A stretch of 64,000 nucleotides of DNA from Candidatus Eiseniibacteriota bacterium (GTDB lineage Bacteria; Eisenbacteria; RBG-16-71-46; CAZEPH01): assembly GCA_044229145.1 (NCBI GenBank), contig JBGATO010000006.1:23872-87871 (forward strand), written 5' to 3'. Position numbers and translations under genes: made by a program. A model generated the notes under the pieces. That model was not told the DNA's origin and searched no databases. It saw nothing but the letters and a program-made list of their open reading frames with translations. Position 1 is the first letter of the stretch. Each line of letters begins with the position of its first letter. Positions 37,747-47,754 of this stretch are shown piece by piece.

Positions 37747-38787
37747 ATGAAGGTCCTCCTTGCCACCCCGCGCGGATTCTGCGCCGGCGTCGATCGCGCG
37801 ATCGACATCGTCGCGCTCGCCCTCGACGTGTTCGGCCCGCCGGTCTTCGTGCGGCACGAAATCGTCCACAACCGGCACGTCGTGGACCGCCTGCGCGCGC
37901 GCGGCGCCGTCTTCGTCGAAGATTTGCACGAGGTGCCGGAAGGGTCGATCCTCGTCTTCAGCGCACACGGCGTGGCGCCGGCGGTGCGCGCCGAGGCCAC
38001 CGCGCGACGGCTGCGCACCATCGACGCCACCTGCCCGCTGGTGACCAAGGTGCACTCGGAAGCCGTGCGCTTCGCGCGCGAGGGCTATTCGATCGTGCTC
38101 ATCGGCCACAAGGGACATCCCGAGGTGGACGGCACCATGGGCGAAGTGCCCGGCCACATCACGTTGGTCGAAAACGCCGGCGATGTCGCGGCGCTGCCCG
38201 CGGCCGACGAGCCGGTGGCGTATCTGTCGCAAACCACGCTGTCGGTCGACGAAACGCGGGCCGTCATCGACGCGATTCGCGTGCGCTTCCCGCAGGCGCG
38301 CGGCCCGGCGAAGGACGACATCTGCTATGCCACGTCGAACCGCCAGAGCGCGGTGAAGGAGTTGGCGGCACGCTGCGACGTGGTGTTCGTGGTCGGGTCC
38401 AGCACGTCGTCGAACTCGACACGCTTGCGCGAGGTGGCGGAAGCGTTGGGCGCCCGCGCCTACCTGGTGGAAGAAGCGAGCAACATCGACCCGGCCTGGC
38501 TCGATGGCGCGCAGTGCGTCGGCGTGACCGCCGGTGCCTCCGCGCCGGAGGATTTGGTCGAAGATGTGGTGTCGTGGCTGCGGGCCCATGGTGCCGTCAC
38601 CGTCGAGGACTTGGTCACCGTGAGCGAGGATGTCTACTTCGCGCTGCCCCCCGAGTTGCTCCGTGAGATCGCCGCGCGCGGTGTGGAATCCACCACGCTC
38701 GACAAGCACACGGCGCGTCCCGCCACCATGCGGCGGCTCGAAGAAACCCGCCGACAGCTCGAGGAGAAGGCGGCCCGCGAGGGTTAG
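37747..38787 (+). CDS. ispH: 4-hydroxy-3-methylbut-2-enyl diphosphate reductase
   Basis: PRGFCAGV, EIVHN, SAHG, DATCPLV, HPEV, SQTT, DICYAT.NRQ, SSNS, TAGASAP. Confidence 0.97.
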   Translation: MKVLLATPRGFCAGVDRAIDIVALALDVFGPPVFVRHEIVHNRHVVDRLRARGAVFVEDLHEVPEGSILVFSAHGVAPAVRAEATARRLRTIDATCPLVTKVHSEAVRFAREGYSIVLIGHKGHPEVDGTMGEVPGHITLVENAGDVAALPAADEPVAYLSQTTLSVDETRAVIDAIRVRFPQARGPAKDDICYATSNRQSAVKELAARCDVVFVVGSSTSSNSTRLREVAEALGARAYLVEEASNIDPAWLDGAQCVGVTAGASAPEDLVEDVVSWLRAHGAVTVEDLVTVSEDVYFALPPELLREIAARGVESTTLDKHTARPATMRRLEETRRQLEEKAAREG

Positions 38788-39794
38788 TCCGCGCGCCGCG
38801 CCTCGATTACCGACAGCGGTGAATCCGTCGCGGTCACGCGTGATACCGCTAATCCCGCCGCGTCACAGAGCTGACGATACTCGTCTGCGGTTCGCTCGCG
38901 ACCGCCGGCGGTGAGGACCAGCATGTTGAGATCCATCAGCGTCGCGCGATGCGGCGTGCCGTCGTCCGGCACCAACATTTCGATGATGGCGATGCGTCCG
39001 TCGTCGCGCATCGCCTCACGGCAACGGCGCAGCACCGTGATCGCGTGCGCATCGTCGAGGGCGTGCAGGAAGTACTTGAGTAGATAGAGATCACCAGCGG
39101 GCGCGGCATCCGTGAAGACGTCGAGACGGAGCCGGTGCGCGCGCCCTGTCTCACACAACGTGACGAACGCCGGGTCCAACGTCACGTCCTCGGAGTTGTC
39201 GACGAGGATTCCGTGCGCGGCTGGAACCTCGGCCAGCATGCCGGCCAGCAAGGCGCCGCTGCCTCCGCCCACGTCGACGACGCAGCGCGCATCGGCGATC
39301 TGCAGCACCTCGCGGACGGCACGCAGATTCATGTGCGTCGACACCCGCATCCACGCATCGTACACGGTGCGCTCGGCGGGATGTGCGGCGAGCCAGTCGA
39401 AAATCGTCGCGCCCGCCGTGACGCTCAACGCTGCCTCGCCGGTGCGAATGCTGTGCGCGAGCGCACCCCACGCCGCGACGTGCACGTCGCTGCCCATGAG
39501 CAGCGCGGCATCGCGCACCGAATCCGGCGCGTCGGCGCGCAACGTCGCACCGAGCCGCGTCAGCGCGTACCCGCGCACCAGATCGCCCTGCGTCACGCCG
39601 ATCATCGCCAGCACCCGCAGCAAGCGCGCGAGCGACGGAGCGTGCGTCGCGGTGGCCGCGGCGATGTCCTCGACCGGCCGCGGCGTGTCGCCCATCGCCT
39701 CCGGGATGCCGAGCGACACCGCGACATGGAGCGCGCGCGCCGGCCAGTGACCGACGATCATCTGCAGCATCTGCGCCGCCGGTGGCGGTGTCAT
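38784..39794 (-). CDS. SAM-dependent O-methyltransferase (dimerisation + Methyltransf_2)
   Basis: VDVGGGSG, YLLKYFLH, DLNML, GRERT. Confidence 0.87.
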   Translation of the reverse strand: MTPPPAAQMLQMIVGHWPARALHVAVSLGIPEAMGDTPRPVEDIAAATATHAPSLARLLRVLAMIGVTQGDLVRGYALTRLGATLRADAPDSVRDAALLMGSDVHVAAWGALAHSIRTGEAALSVTAGATIFDWLAAHPAERTVYDAWMRVSTHMNLRAVREVLQIADARCVVDVGGGSGALLAGMLAEVPAAHGILVDNSEDVTLDPAFVTLCETGRAHRLRLDVFTDAAPAGDLYLLKYFLHALDDAHAITVLRRCREAMRDDGRIAIIEMLVPDDGTPHRATLMDLNMLVLTAGGRERTADEYRQLCDAAGLAVSRVTATDSPLSVIEARRAD

Positions 39795-39813
39795 CGCAGG
39801 ATCGGCCAACGCG

Positions 39814-41184
39814 TCACTCCACCCAGACTGTCTTGACGTTGACGAAGGCGCGGATGCCGTCGCGGCCCAGTTCGCGGCCGAAGCCTGACGCCTTGACGCC
39901 GCCGAACGGCACACGGGGATCCGACTTCACCATCCCGTTCACGAAGACGCAGCCATTCGCGAACTCCGCGGCGAGCCGTGTGCCGCGCGCTCGATCAACG
40001 GTCCACAGCGCCGCGCCGAGCCCGAAGCGACTCGCGTTGGCGAGCGCCACGGCATCGACGACATCGCGCGCGCGCACCACCGCCGCCACCGGCCCGAACG
40101 TTTCCTCGTCGAACGCCGGCATGCCGGGGCGCACGTGGTCGAGCAACGTGGGCGGATAGAAATCGCCGGGCCCTTCGCCTCGCGCTCCACCCAGGACGCA
40201 TGTCGCGCCCGCGGCGACGCTGCGCGTCACCAGATCATGGAGGTCATCGACGAGATCGGGGCGCGCGAGCGGGCCTACCTGCGTTGCGCGATCCCGCGGA
40301 TCGCCCACCACCAACGCCGTGAGGCCGGCGCACAGGCGCGCGACGAACGCATCCGCGACCGACTCCTCGACGATGAAGCGCTTGGCGGCGATGCAACTCT
40401 GGCCGTTATTGATCGTGCGCGCGGTGACGGCGGTCGCGGCGGCGCGTTCGAGGTCCGCATCGGCGAGCACGACGAAGGGATCCGAACCACCGAGTTCGAG
40501 CACCATGGGCTTGAGGGCCGCACCGGCGGCCGCCGCGAGCGCGCGCCCCGCCGCTTCGCTGCCGGTGAGCGAGACCGCGGCGATCGCCTCATGCGCCACC
40601 AACGTCTGCGCCTCGGCCGCGCCGATCAGGAGCGTCGTGAAGAGACCCGGCGGCGCCCCCGCGTCGTCGAAGAGCCGCTGCAGCGCGAGCGCGCATTGCG
40701 GCACATTCGACGCGTGCTTGAGGACGACCGCATTGCCCGCCGCGAGCGCAGGCGTCGCGCAACGCAGTACCTGCCAGAACGGGAAGTTCCACGGCATCAC
40801 CGCGAGCACCACGCCGAGCGGATCGAATCGCACGAACGCCGCGTGCGCCTCGGGCACATCGGCCGGTTCGGGCGTCAGGTACGCGGCGCCGAACTGCGCG
40901 TAGTGCTCGGCCACCCACGCACACTTGTCGACTTCCGCCTCCGCCTGCAGGATCGGTTTGCCCATTTCGCGGGTCATGAGATCCGCGAACGCAGCGCGTT
41001 GCCCACGCAAGCCATCGGCGACGCGGCGCAACAATGCGGCGCGCGTATCGTGGTCCGTGCGCGCCCACGCCATCGCGGCCGCGCGTGCGCGCTGCAGCGC
41101 GGTCTCGACTTCGCGCGGTGTGTGCCCCGCGACTTCCGCCCAGATATCGCCGCTGTATGGCGATCGCGACGTCAACGTCGTCAT
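39814..41184 (-). CDS. NAD(P)-dependent succinate-semialdehyde dehydrogenase-like aldehyde dehydrogenase
   Basis: MPWNFPFWQ, LKHAS, TGS, ELGGSD, NGQSCIAAKR, EETFGP, PFGG.K.SG.GRE. Confidence 0.9.
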   Translation of the reverse strand: MTTLTSRSPYSGDIWAEVAGHTPREVETALQRARAAAMAWARTDHDTRAALLRRVADGLRGQRAAFADLMTREMGKPILQAEAEVDKCAWVAEHYAQFGAAYLTPEPADVPEAHAAFVRFDPLGVVLAVMPWNFPFWQVLRCATPALAAGNAVVLKHASNVPQCALALQRLFDDAGAPPGLFTTLLIGAAEAQTLVAHEAIAAVSLTGSEAAGRALAAAAGAALKPMVLELGGSDPFVVLADADLERAAATAVTARTINNGQSCIAAKRFIVEESVADAFVARLCAGLTALVVGDPRDRATQVGPLARPDLVDDLHDLVTRSVAAGATCVLGGARGEGPGDFYPPTLLDHVRPGMPAFDEETFGPVAAVVRARDVVDAVALANASRFGLGAALWTVDRARGTRLAAEFANGCVFVNGMVKSDPRVPFGGVKASGFGRELGRDGIRAFVNVKTVWVE

Positions 41185-42113
41185 GTCACCACCCTCACCG
41201 CATGCGGCAGGACGTCGATGGAGCAGGGCGTCTCGCCAATCCATTCGCCATCCGCTTCGACGATCGCCGGCTCCGGCGTGGCGAGGCGGACAGTGCGTGC
41301 GCGCATCATCGAGACCGAGGCCAGTGTCGCGTGCGTGCCGGCACGGAGTCGCGGCAGATCGCACCAGGCGCGCACACGCGAAGTCGCTCCGAGGGTCGCG
41401 ACGTCGAGGACGCCGTCGTCGGGCCGTGCATGCGGCGCGACCGGCAGCCCGCCGCCGATCGTACGCCCATTGGCCACCGTCACGTTCCACACCGCTTGTT
41501 CGTGGATGGCGCCGCCGTCGATCGCAATCGACACGGGAATCGGGGCGCCGTGCGCGATCGCCGCGATGACGGCTGCCGGATACGCCCAGGCGCGTGGCAT
41601 TCTGCCGTCCGCGACACGTAGCGTGATGTCGGCCGCCAGCCCGAGGTTTGCGGCATTGAAGAAGAGGCGCACCGGAAGCGCGCCGAGGCGATCGCCCTCC
41701 CACTCGAGACGTTGGAAACGCACGCGTCCGACGTCGACGAGCCGCGCCTTACCGTCGAGCGCGTGTTGCACGACGTCCTCGTCACGCATCCCCGGCGTGC
41801 ACAGCCGCACGGCATCGCCGCCGGTGCCGCCATCGAGCGGTGCCAAGATCGTCGGCGGGGTCTCCGTGCCGAGCGGATCGCGCAGCCCGTTGAGCGCTTC
41901 GTGCACGGTGCCATCGCCACCGAGGACGAAGAGCACCGGTGTCGAGGCCCGTGCGACCTCGCGCGCGATCTGCACGGCGTGGCCAGGTTCCTCGGTGACG
42001 TGGAGAGCGACATCGTCACCCGCCAGCTCGCGCAGGCGGGCCGCAATCTCGGGCGCCTGCCGTGCCGCGCGTCCGCGACCTGCCACCGGATTGACGATCA
42101 ATGCGGCGCGCAT
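41181..42113 (-). CDS. Diacylglycerol/lipid kinase family protein (YegS/DagK-like)
   Basis: IVNPVAG, GGDGTVHE, NG..IGGG, DDG.LD, ADGE. Confidence 0.87.
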   Translation of the reverse strand: MRAALIVNPVAGRGRAARQAPEIAARLRELAGDDVALHVTEEPGHAVQIAREVARASTPVLFVLGGDGTVHEALNGLRDPLGTETPPTILAPLDGGTGGDAVRLCTPGMRDEDVVQHALDGKARLVDVGRVRFQRLEWEGDRLGALPVRLFFNAANLGLAADITLRVADGRMPRAWAYPAAVIAAIAHGAPIPVSIAIDGGAIHEQAVWNVTVANGRTIGGGLPVAPHARPDDGVLDVATLGATSRVRAWCDLPRLRAGTHATLASVSMMRARTVRLATPEPAIVEADGEWIGETPCSIDVLPHAVRVVT

Positions 42114-43822
42114 CGTCTCTCGCTTTCGTGCCGCCATGCATGCATCGTGGCCACGGTGTCGAGGTAGCGCGCGACCGCCGCCGCGCGGTCTGCCGCGTCC
42201 CACCCGAGTTCATCGCCCATCACGCGCGCTACGCCGGCGGCGATGTGGCATCCGTTCTCGCTGTCGAGCAGAAGCAGACGCGTGCGGCGGGCCACGACAT
42301 CCTCGACGTCGCGGGCCCACTCATGTCGCACCGCATGTACGACCTCCACGACCAGCAGGCGGTCGTCCCCGCCGTCGACCGGTGCGCCGAGTGCTGGGCG
42401 AACGGCGATGGCGTCGAGGAGATGCCACGCATCGCTGCCGTAGGCGTGCCGCCACCGGAGGCGCACTGCAGCCGACACGCGGGAGGCGTGCGGATGGAGA
42501 TCGAGATCCACCGGCGCAGCCGTGACGAGAGGCGTCGACGCAGTCCGGCAGCGCCCGACAGTGATTCCGTGGTGCGCAGACAACCAGGCCGCCACCGCGT
42601 CGGCGGTCTCCTCGGCGACGGCACGCGCCGTGGTCAACTTGCCGCCGGCCAGCGTGAACACGCCGCCGCCATCGTGCAAGACCGCGTGCTCACGCGGAAC
42701 GTCGGACGGCGCATCGGCGCGACCGTCCGTCCGCCCGACGAGCGGCCGCACGGCAACGCTGGTCCCCTGCACATTGCCCACACCCAGCGTCGCGCTGGGG
42801 AGCGTCGCCGCGACCGTCTCCAGAAGGTAGTCGACATCGTCGTGCGACACGCGCGCGTCGTGCGGTGCCGCGACATCACTGTCGGTGGTGCCGATGAGCG
42901 TCACGCCCGACCACGGCACGGCAAAGGCGAGCCGGCCATCGCGCGGGGACGTCAGCACCACCGCCTGCCGCACCGGACATGCGGCGAACGGCACGACGAC
43001 ATGCACACCTTGCGTCAATCGCAATGGCGGCTCGGCAGCGATCCCGCAGCGCAGCCGCGCCTCATCGCCCCACGGTCCGCACGCGAGGACGACACTGCGC
43101 GTCGCAACCTCGCGCGTCGCGCCACTCTCCGCGTCCCGGACCTGCACCGCGGTGACGCGCCGCCGCGCATCGCGTGCGATGCCGTCGAGCGCGACACGGG
43201 GCCACACCAACGCGCCCTCGGCCGCTGCATCACGCGTGATGGCGAGCGTGAGTCGCGCATCATCGAGCGAGGCGTCGTCGTAGAGCGCGGCGCCGCGCAC
43301 ACCGTCCGGGCGGAGCAACGGTTCCTCCGCGCCGCACGCCGCTGCACGCAGCATGCGGTGTCGATGTCCGCGCGAGCCGGACAACACATCGTACGCGGTG
43401 AGTCCGAGATGCAGGAGGAACGGCGAGATCGGTCGCGAGGGAAACCGGCCGTGCGGATGGGAGGGAAACAGGAATCGCAACGGCTGCACGAGGTGCGGGG
43501 CAATGCGACGCAAGATCTCGCGTTCCAGACACGCGGTGCGCACCAGGCGGAAGTGGCCTTGCTGCAAGTAGCGAAACCCGCCGTGCGCCAACTTCGTGGA
43601 ACCGGAGGACGTGCCGCTGCCGATGTCACCGCGTTCGATGAGCAGAACTCGCAGGCCGCGCAGGGCGGCGTCACGCGCCACCGACGCGCCGCTGATGCCG
43701 CCACCCACGACGACGACGTCGTACCGTGTCGAACCGGCATCCGCCCAGGTGTGGGCGCGCGCATCGGGACCACCTGCGACGAGCGGCGGTGCAACCTCCC
43801 GACGCGCCCGCCGTGCGCTCAT
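42098..43822 (-). CDS. glpD: FAD-dependent glycerol-3-phosphate dehydrogenase/oxidase
   Basis: VGGGISG, GTSSGSTKLAHGG.RYL, DDARL, GPW, IGTTD, GGKLTT, RRTRL. Confidence 0.85.
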   Translation of the reverse strand: MSARRARREVAPPLVAGGPDARAHTWADAGSTRYDVVVVGGGISGASVARDAALRGLRVLLIERGDIGSGTSSGSTKLAHGGFRYLQQGHFRLVRTACLEREILRRIAPHLVQPLRFLFPSHPHGRFPSRPISPFLLHLGLTAYDVLSGSRGHRHRMLRAAACGAEEPLLRPDGVRGAALYDDASLDDARLTLAITRDAAAEGALVWPRVALDGIARDARRRVTAVQVRDAESGATREVATRSVVLACGPWGDEARLRCGIAAEPPLRLTQGVHVVVPFAACPVRQAVVLTSPRDGRLAFAVPWSGVTLIGTTDSDVAAPHDARVSHDDVDYLLETVAATLPSATLGVGNVQGTSVAVRPLVGRTDGRADAPSDVPREHAVLHDGGGVFTLAGGKLTTARAVAEETADAVAAWLSAHHGITVGRCRTASTPLVTAAPVDLDLHPHASRVSAAVRLRWRHAYGSDAWHLLDAIAVRPALGAPVDGGDDRLLVVEVVHAVRHEWARDVEDVVARRTRLLLLDSENGCHIAAGVARVMGDELGWDAADRAAAVARYLDTVATMHAWRHESERRCAPH

Positions 43823-44739
43823 CCGCGTCCGTGTGACGCGCGGAGCGACGAACGCGCGATCACCGCATCGGCCGCCGCGCACAACACCAGCCCCACCGCC
43901 ACGCCCGCGATCGCATCGACCGCGTAGTGGAAGCGGCCGTACACCACGGCCACCGACAACACCGCACACAGGATCGTCCCGGCCACCGCGAGCCACCGCG
44001 GGCCGTGGCGCCACACGCCCCACACCACCGCCAGCATCACGGCGACGTGCGATGACGGGAACGCCGCGCCGCGCAGCCCATTCGCCGACACCACATCGTT
44101 GACGAAGGCGATCATGCCGCCGCCCTCGAGCAACGTGGCCCCGACGTGGCTGAGCGCGAAACGCGGGCCCATCGCCGGCAGCAACTGGAACACGAAATAG
44201 CACACCAGCATGGTCAACGAGACGCGGAACACGAAGCGGCGCGCCGCCATCATGCCGGCGACACGGTAGATCACGAAGCACGCCAGCGGCCCGTACCACC
44301 AGTACGACGCGTACGCGAACGCCATCACCTGACCGAGCCATGCTGACCCGCGCTCCGCCAACAGAATGGACGGCTGTGCATGGAAGATCGACTTCTCGAG
44401 CACGATCAGCTGTCCATCGATGTACGCCGGATTGACGATGTGCACGATTTGCCCGACGTGCGCGTAGAGGAACGGGAACAACGGCAGTGGATACCAGACG
44501 CGCAACAGGCGCACACCGCGCCGGAGCAGTCGCGGGGCGCTCTGCCAGGGCGGGGCGAACAGCATCGCCACGGCGCCGAGCACCATCGCGTGCGCGGCCG
44601 CCTGCGCCTTCCAGTCGTCCTGATTCGCGCGGAAGCCGATCTGCAACGCGATCGTCGCGGCGAGATAGCAGGCGACCACGACCTCGGTGGGTCCGCCCTG
44701 CGGCAGGCGGTCGGCAGAGCCGCGCGCCGGGCTAGCCAT
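43819..44739 (-). CDS. PAP2-family membrane phosphatase
   Basis: P..GPR, AFPSSH, VYGRFHYAVD; multiple TM segments. Confidence 0.85.
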   Translation of the reverse strand: MASPARGSADRLPQGGPTEVVVACYLAATIALQIGFRANQDDWKAQAAAHAMVLGAVAMLFAPPWQSAPRLLRRGVRLLRVWYPLPLFPFLYAHVGQIVHIVNPAYIDGQLIVLEKSIFHAQPSILLAERGSAWLGQVMAFAYASYWWYGPLACFVIYRVAGMMAARRFVFRVSLTMLVCYFVFQLLPAMGPRFALSHVGATLLEGGGMIAFVNDVVSANGLRGAAFPSSHVAVMLAVVWGVWRHGPRWLAVAGTILCAVLSVAVVYGRFHYAVDAIAGVAVGLVLCAAADAVIARSSLRASHGRG

Positions 44740-45688
44740 CGACCTCGCAGCCCGCAAGCTTCTTCTCGATCTTGGCGCGGTGCTTCTCACTGTCGCGACC
44801 GATGAACACCGCCTGCGTGCGACCTGGCGCCGTCAATTCGTGCGGGAAGTCGGCGAAATCGTAGCGCCCGCACGTGAAGTTGAAGAGCAACGGCGCCGTC
44901 GCGCCGGCAAACTGCACCACGCCCTTGCTGCGATAGATATCGTCGGGCAGCCCGCGCAGCAGCTTCTCGAACTTCTTGCGGTCGAGCCGGCGCTGCGCGT
45001 GGTACACGAAAGCGGTGATGCCGTCGTCATCGAGATGCGACGACCCGCTGCCGTGGTCGTGGTCGTCGTGCGTGTCGGCCACCGCTTGATCGCGATAACG
45101 CCCGACGCTCGTGCCGAACAACAAGTCGGTCGGCACTTCGCCGCGCACGGTCTCGAATCGCAGCGCGCGATCGTTGCGCTTCTTCACCCAGCCGTGCACC
45201 TTCTTGAGTTGCTTCTGGTCGACGAGATCGGTCTTGTTGATGACCACGAAGTCTGCCGCTTCGACCTGCTGGCGCACGACCTTGGCGCGCTTCTCGAGGT
45301 TGAGCACATCGGCCGCGTCCACCACCGCGATCACCGCGTCCACCGTGAGGCCGGCGTTGAGCGCCTGCGTGATGAGCGGTTGCGGGTCCGCCGCGCCCGT
45401 CGTCTCGAGGATGATCAACGTCGGGTTCACCGCCTCGACGATCTCGTGGATCGCCACGGTGAACTGCAGACTCACCGAGCAGCAGATGCAGCCGGAATCG
45501 ACTTCGACCATCTTTTCGACGGCGCTGAAGCCGGTGAGGACCTTGCCGTCGATGCCGACGTCGCCGATCTCGTTCATGATGACGGCGACCTTCTTGCCCT
45601 GGAGCCCGTGCCCGAGCACGTGCTTCAGCATCGACGTCTTGCCCGAGCCGAGGAACCCGGTGACGATATCGCAGGCGATCTTGCTCAT
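44732..45688 (-). CDS. COG0523/CobW-family metallochaperone GTPase
   Basis: TGFLGSGKT, NEIG, GCICC, ETTG, NKTD, His-rich linker, RSKG. Confidence 0.92.
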   Translation of the reverse strand: MSKIACDIVTGFLGSGKTSMLKHVLGHGLQGKKVAVIMNEIGDVGIDGKVLTGFSAVEKMVEVDSGCICCSVSLQFTVAIHEIVEAVNPTLIILETTGAADPQPLITQALNAGLTVDAVIAVVDAADVLNLEKRAKVVRQQVEAADFVVINKTDLVDQKQLKKVHGWVKKRNDRALRFETVRGEVPTDLLFGTSVGRYRDQAVADTHDDHDHGSGSSHLDDDGITAFVYHAQRRLDRKKFEKLLRGLPDDIYRSKGVVQFAGATAPLLFNFTCGRYDFADFPHELTAPGRTQAVFIGRDSEKHRAKIEKKLAGCEVDG

Positions 45689-46956
45689 GGGTGACGGAGT
45701 ATAGCACCGCGGTCGGTCGCGGCGTCGCCGTCCAACGGCGAACGCGGCGCGTCCGGGAACACGTTGCGGGCGAGGTAATCCCAGTAGCGGTCGTCCTCGG
45801 CGATCGCATCGTACGAGAACAGCGCGATGCCCGAGACGCCGACGGCACGTGCCAGCACCACCTTCTCGGCGGCGCGCGCGGCGGGCTGATTGTAGACGGC
45901 GAGCCCGGCGTAGACGATGTGGCCGGGCACCGCGGCGGCCGAGCGCCGCACCTGGCGATCCACCGTCGTCCACCGCGTGCCGTAGCACATGGGGGCGACG
46001 AAATCCATCGTGCCCTCGTTGACCCAGCGCGGCCAGTCCTGGCCGCACCGCGCGAAGGCATCCGCGGGGTCGGGAATCACCGCCGCCGAGAGCAATGTGC
46101 CCGGCCGCACGGCGTCCATCACCAGGCGCAGACCGCGCACCAACTTGGTGACCTGCGCGGCGCGGAACTCCCGCCACTGCTGCAGCGCGGCCGCGTCGCC
46201 CGGCGGCAGGTGCACCGGATCGAGCCCACTCTCGGCGAGGAACGCGTCGCGGGCACCCGGCGAGTAGCCGCTGCGCTCGTTGGGATAGCGCACGTAGTCG
46301 AGGTGCAGGCCATCCACCGGATAGCGCGACACCAGTTCGCGCATCGCGTCCCAGAATGCCGCGCGCGCCGTGGAGTCGAACGGCGCGACGAACGCGCCCT
46401 CGGCGCCGAACACCTCGCGCTCCGGCTGCGACATCACCGCCAACGACCGTCCATCGCGCGTCACGTCGAACCACTCGGGATGCGTGAGGAAGATGTGGCG
46501 CGGATCGCGCGGCCGCTTCTCCGACGACCACGTCAGATACACGTTGACCCACGCATGCACCCGCAGCCCGGCGGCGTGTCCGCGGTCGAGCGCGTAGGCC
46601 AGCGGATCGAAGGTGGTGTCGCTCCACGCCTCGCCTCGCGGCACGAGATCGCTGCGATAGAACGCATCGCCGCGGCCTCGCACCTGGACCAGCAAGTCGG
46701 TGGCGTGGATCTGCCGCGCACGCGCGATCGCCGAGTCGATGGATGCCGGTTGCTTCATGGAGCTGCGCACGATCCACAGCGCGCGGCCTTCGACCACGCG
46801 CGCGCCGCTGGAGTCATGCGTGGCGAACGCCGGCGGCGGGACGTCTTGCGCGCCGGCGTCCGGGTCGATGCCGTGCACGGTGTCCACCACGGCCTGCGCG
46901 AGGCCCGCGTGCGGTGCGCGCACCGGCGCGCGCGCGGCGGCAGGGCGCGCGAACAC
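45685..46956 (-). CDS. Glycoside hydrolase family 10-like (YddW/DUF187) protein; true start probably further upstream
   Basis: RALW, VQVRGRGDA.Y, FDPL, HAW, HPEW, DGLHLDYVRYP, QDW, PMCY. Confidence 0.85.
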   Translation of the reverse strand: MFARPAAARAPVRAPHAGLAQAVVDTVHGIDPDAGAQDVPPPAFATHDSSGARVVEGRALWIVRSSMKQPASIDSAIARARQIHATDLLVQVRGRGDAFYRSDLVPRGEAWSDTTFDPLAYALDRGHAAGLRVHAWVNVYLTWSSEKRPRDPRHIFLTHPEWFDVTRDGRSLAVMSQPEREVFGAEGAFVAPFDSTARAAFWDAMRELVSRYPVDGLHLDYVRYPNERSGYSPGARDAFLAESGLDPVHLPPGDAAALQQWREFRAAQVTKLVRGLRLVMDAVRPGTLLSAAVIPDPADAFARCGQDWPRWVNEGTMDFVAPMCYGTRWTTVDRQVRRSAAAVPGHIVYAGLAVYNQPAARAAEKVVLARAVGVSGIALFSYDAIAEDDRYWDYLARNVFPDAPRSPLDGDAATDRGAILRHP

Positions 46957-47054
46957 CAGGAGCGCGGCGAATAGCAGCGCGACGCGCCCCGGGCCGGTGA
47001 AGGCCCAGGGCGCTCGCGATGCTGCGGTCGTTCGACGCGGAGACGTCGTGGCGG

Positions 47055-47660
47055 TTACCCGTTCGCCGAGGTCCGCGCGGCGGCGCGCTTGCGCGCGCGG
47101 GTCGCGGCGCGCTTCGGCGCCTTGCCCGCGGCTGCGGCCGCGTCACGCTTCTCCTTGCGCGAGTTCCGGTTCGCCGGCTTCGACGGAGCGGACTCACCTT
47201 CCACCGGCTTCTGCGCCGACTTGCGCGCGCCGAACCCGAACGAGAAGCGACGCTTCTTCGGCGCCTCGACGACGTCCTCCGGCGCTTCCGCCGCCATCTG
47301 CTCGGCAGTCTTCACCAGCGACAGGATCGCCAGTTCGCCGGCATCGCCGACGCGGCGACCGAGCTTGGTGATGCGGGTGTAGCCACCCGGACGCTCGGCG
47401 TACATCGGCGCGATGGTCGAGAACAGCTTCGACACCACCTCGTCGCTGCGCAGGTAGCTGGCGGCCAAGCGGCGCGCGTGCAGATCGTCGCGGCGCGCGA
47501 GCGTGATGAGCTTCTCGGCGGCCGGGCGCGCTTCCTTCGCCTTGGCGAGCGTGGTGGTGATGGACTCGTGCTCGAACAACGAGGTCACCAGGTTGCGCAA
47601 GAGCGCCGCGCGGTGCGAACTGGTGCGGCTAAGCTTGCGGCCTTTGCTTCTGTGTCGCAT
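47055..47660 (-). CDS. rplQ: 50S ribosomal protein L17 with long C-terminal extension
   Basis: MRHR..GRKL.R...[15 protein letters not shown]. Confidence 0.97.
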   Translation of the reverse strand: MRHRSKGRKLSRTSSHRAALLRNLVTSLFEHESITTTLAKAKEARPAAEKLITLARRDDLHARRLAASYLRSDEVVSKLFSTIAPMYAERPGGYTRITKLGRRVGDAGELAILSLVKTAEQMAAEAPEDVVEAPKKRRFSFGFGARKSAQKPVEGESAPSKPANRNSRKEKRDAAAAAGKAPKRAATRARKRAAARTSANG

Positions 47661-47754
47661 GACGTTCCTCTTTGTCGCCGCGCGCCAGGCGCGAGCGTCC
47701 GTTCAGCGCGCCACGTCTGTGTGATGCGGCGCTGTCCTACGTGGCAGGCGTGAG

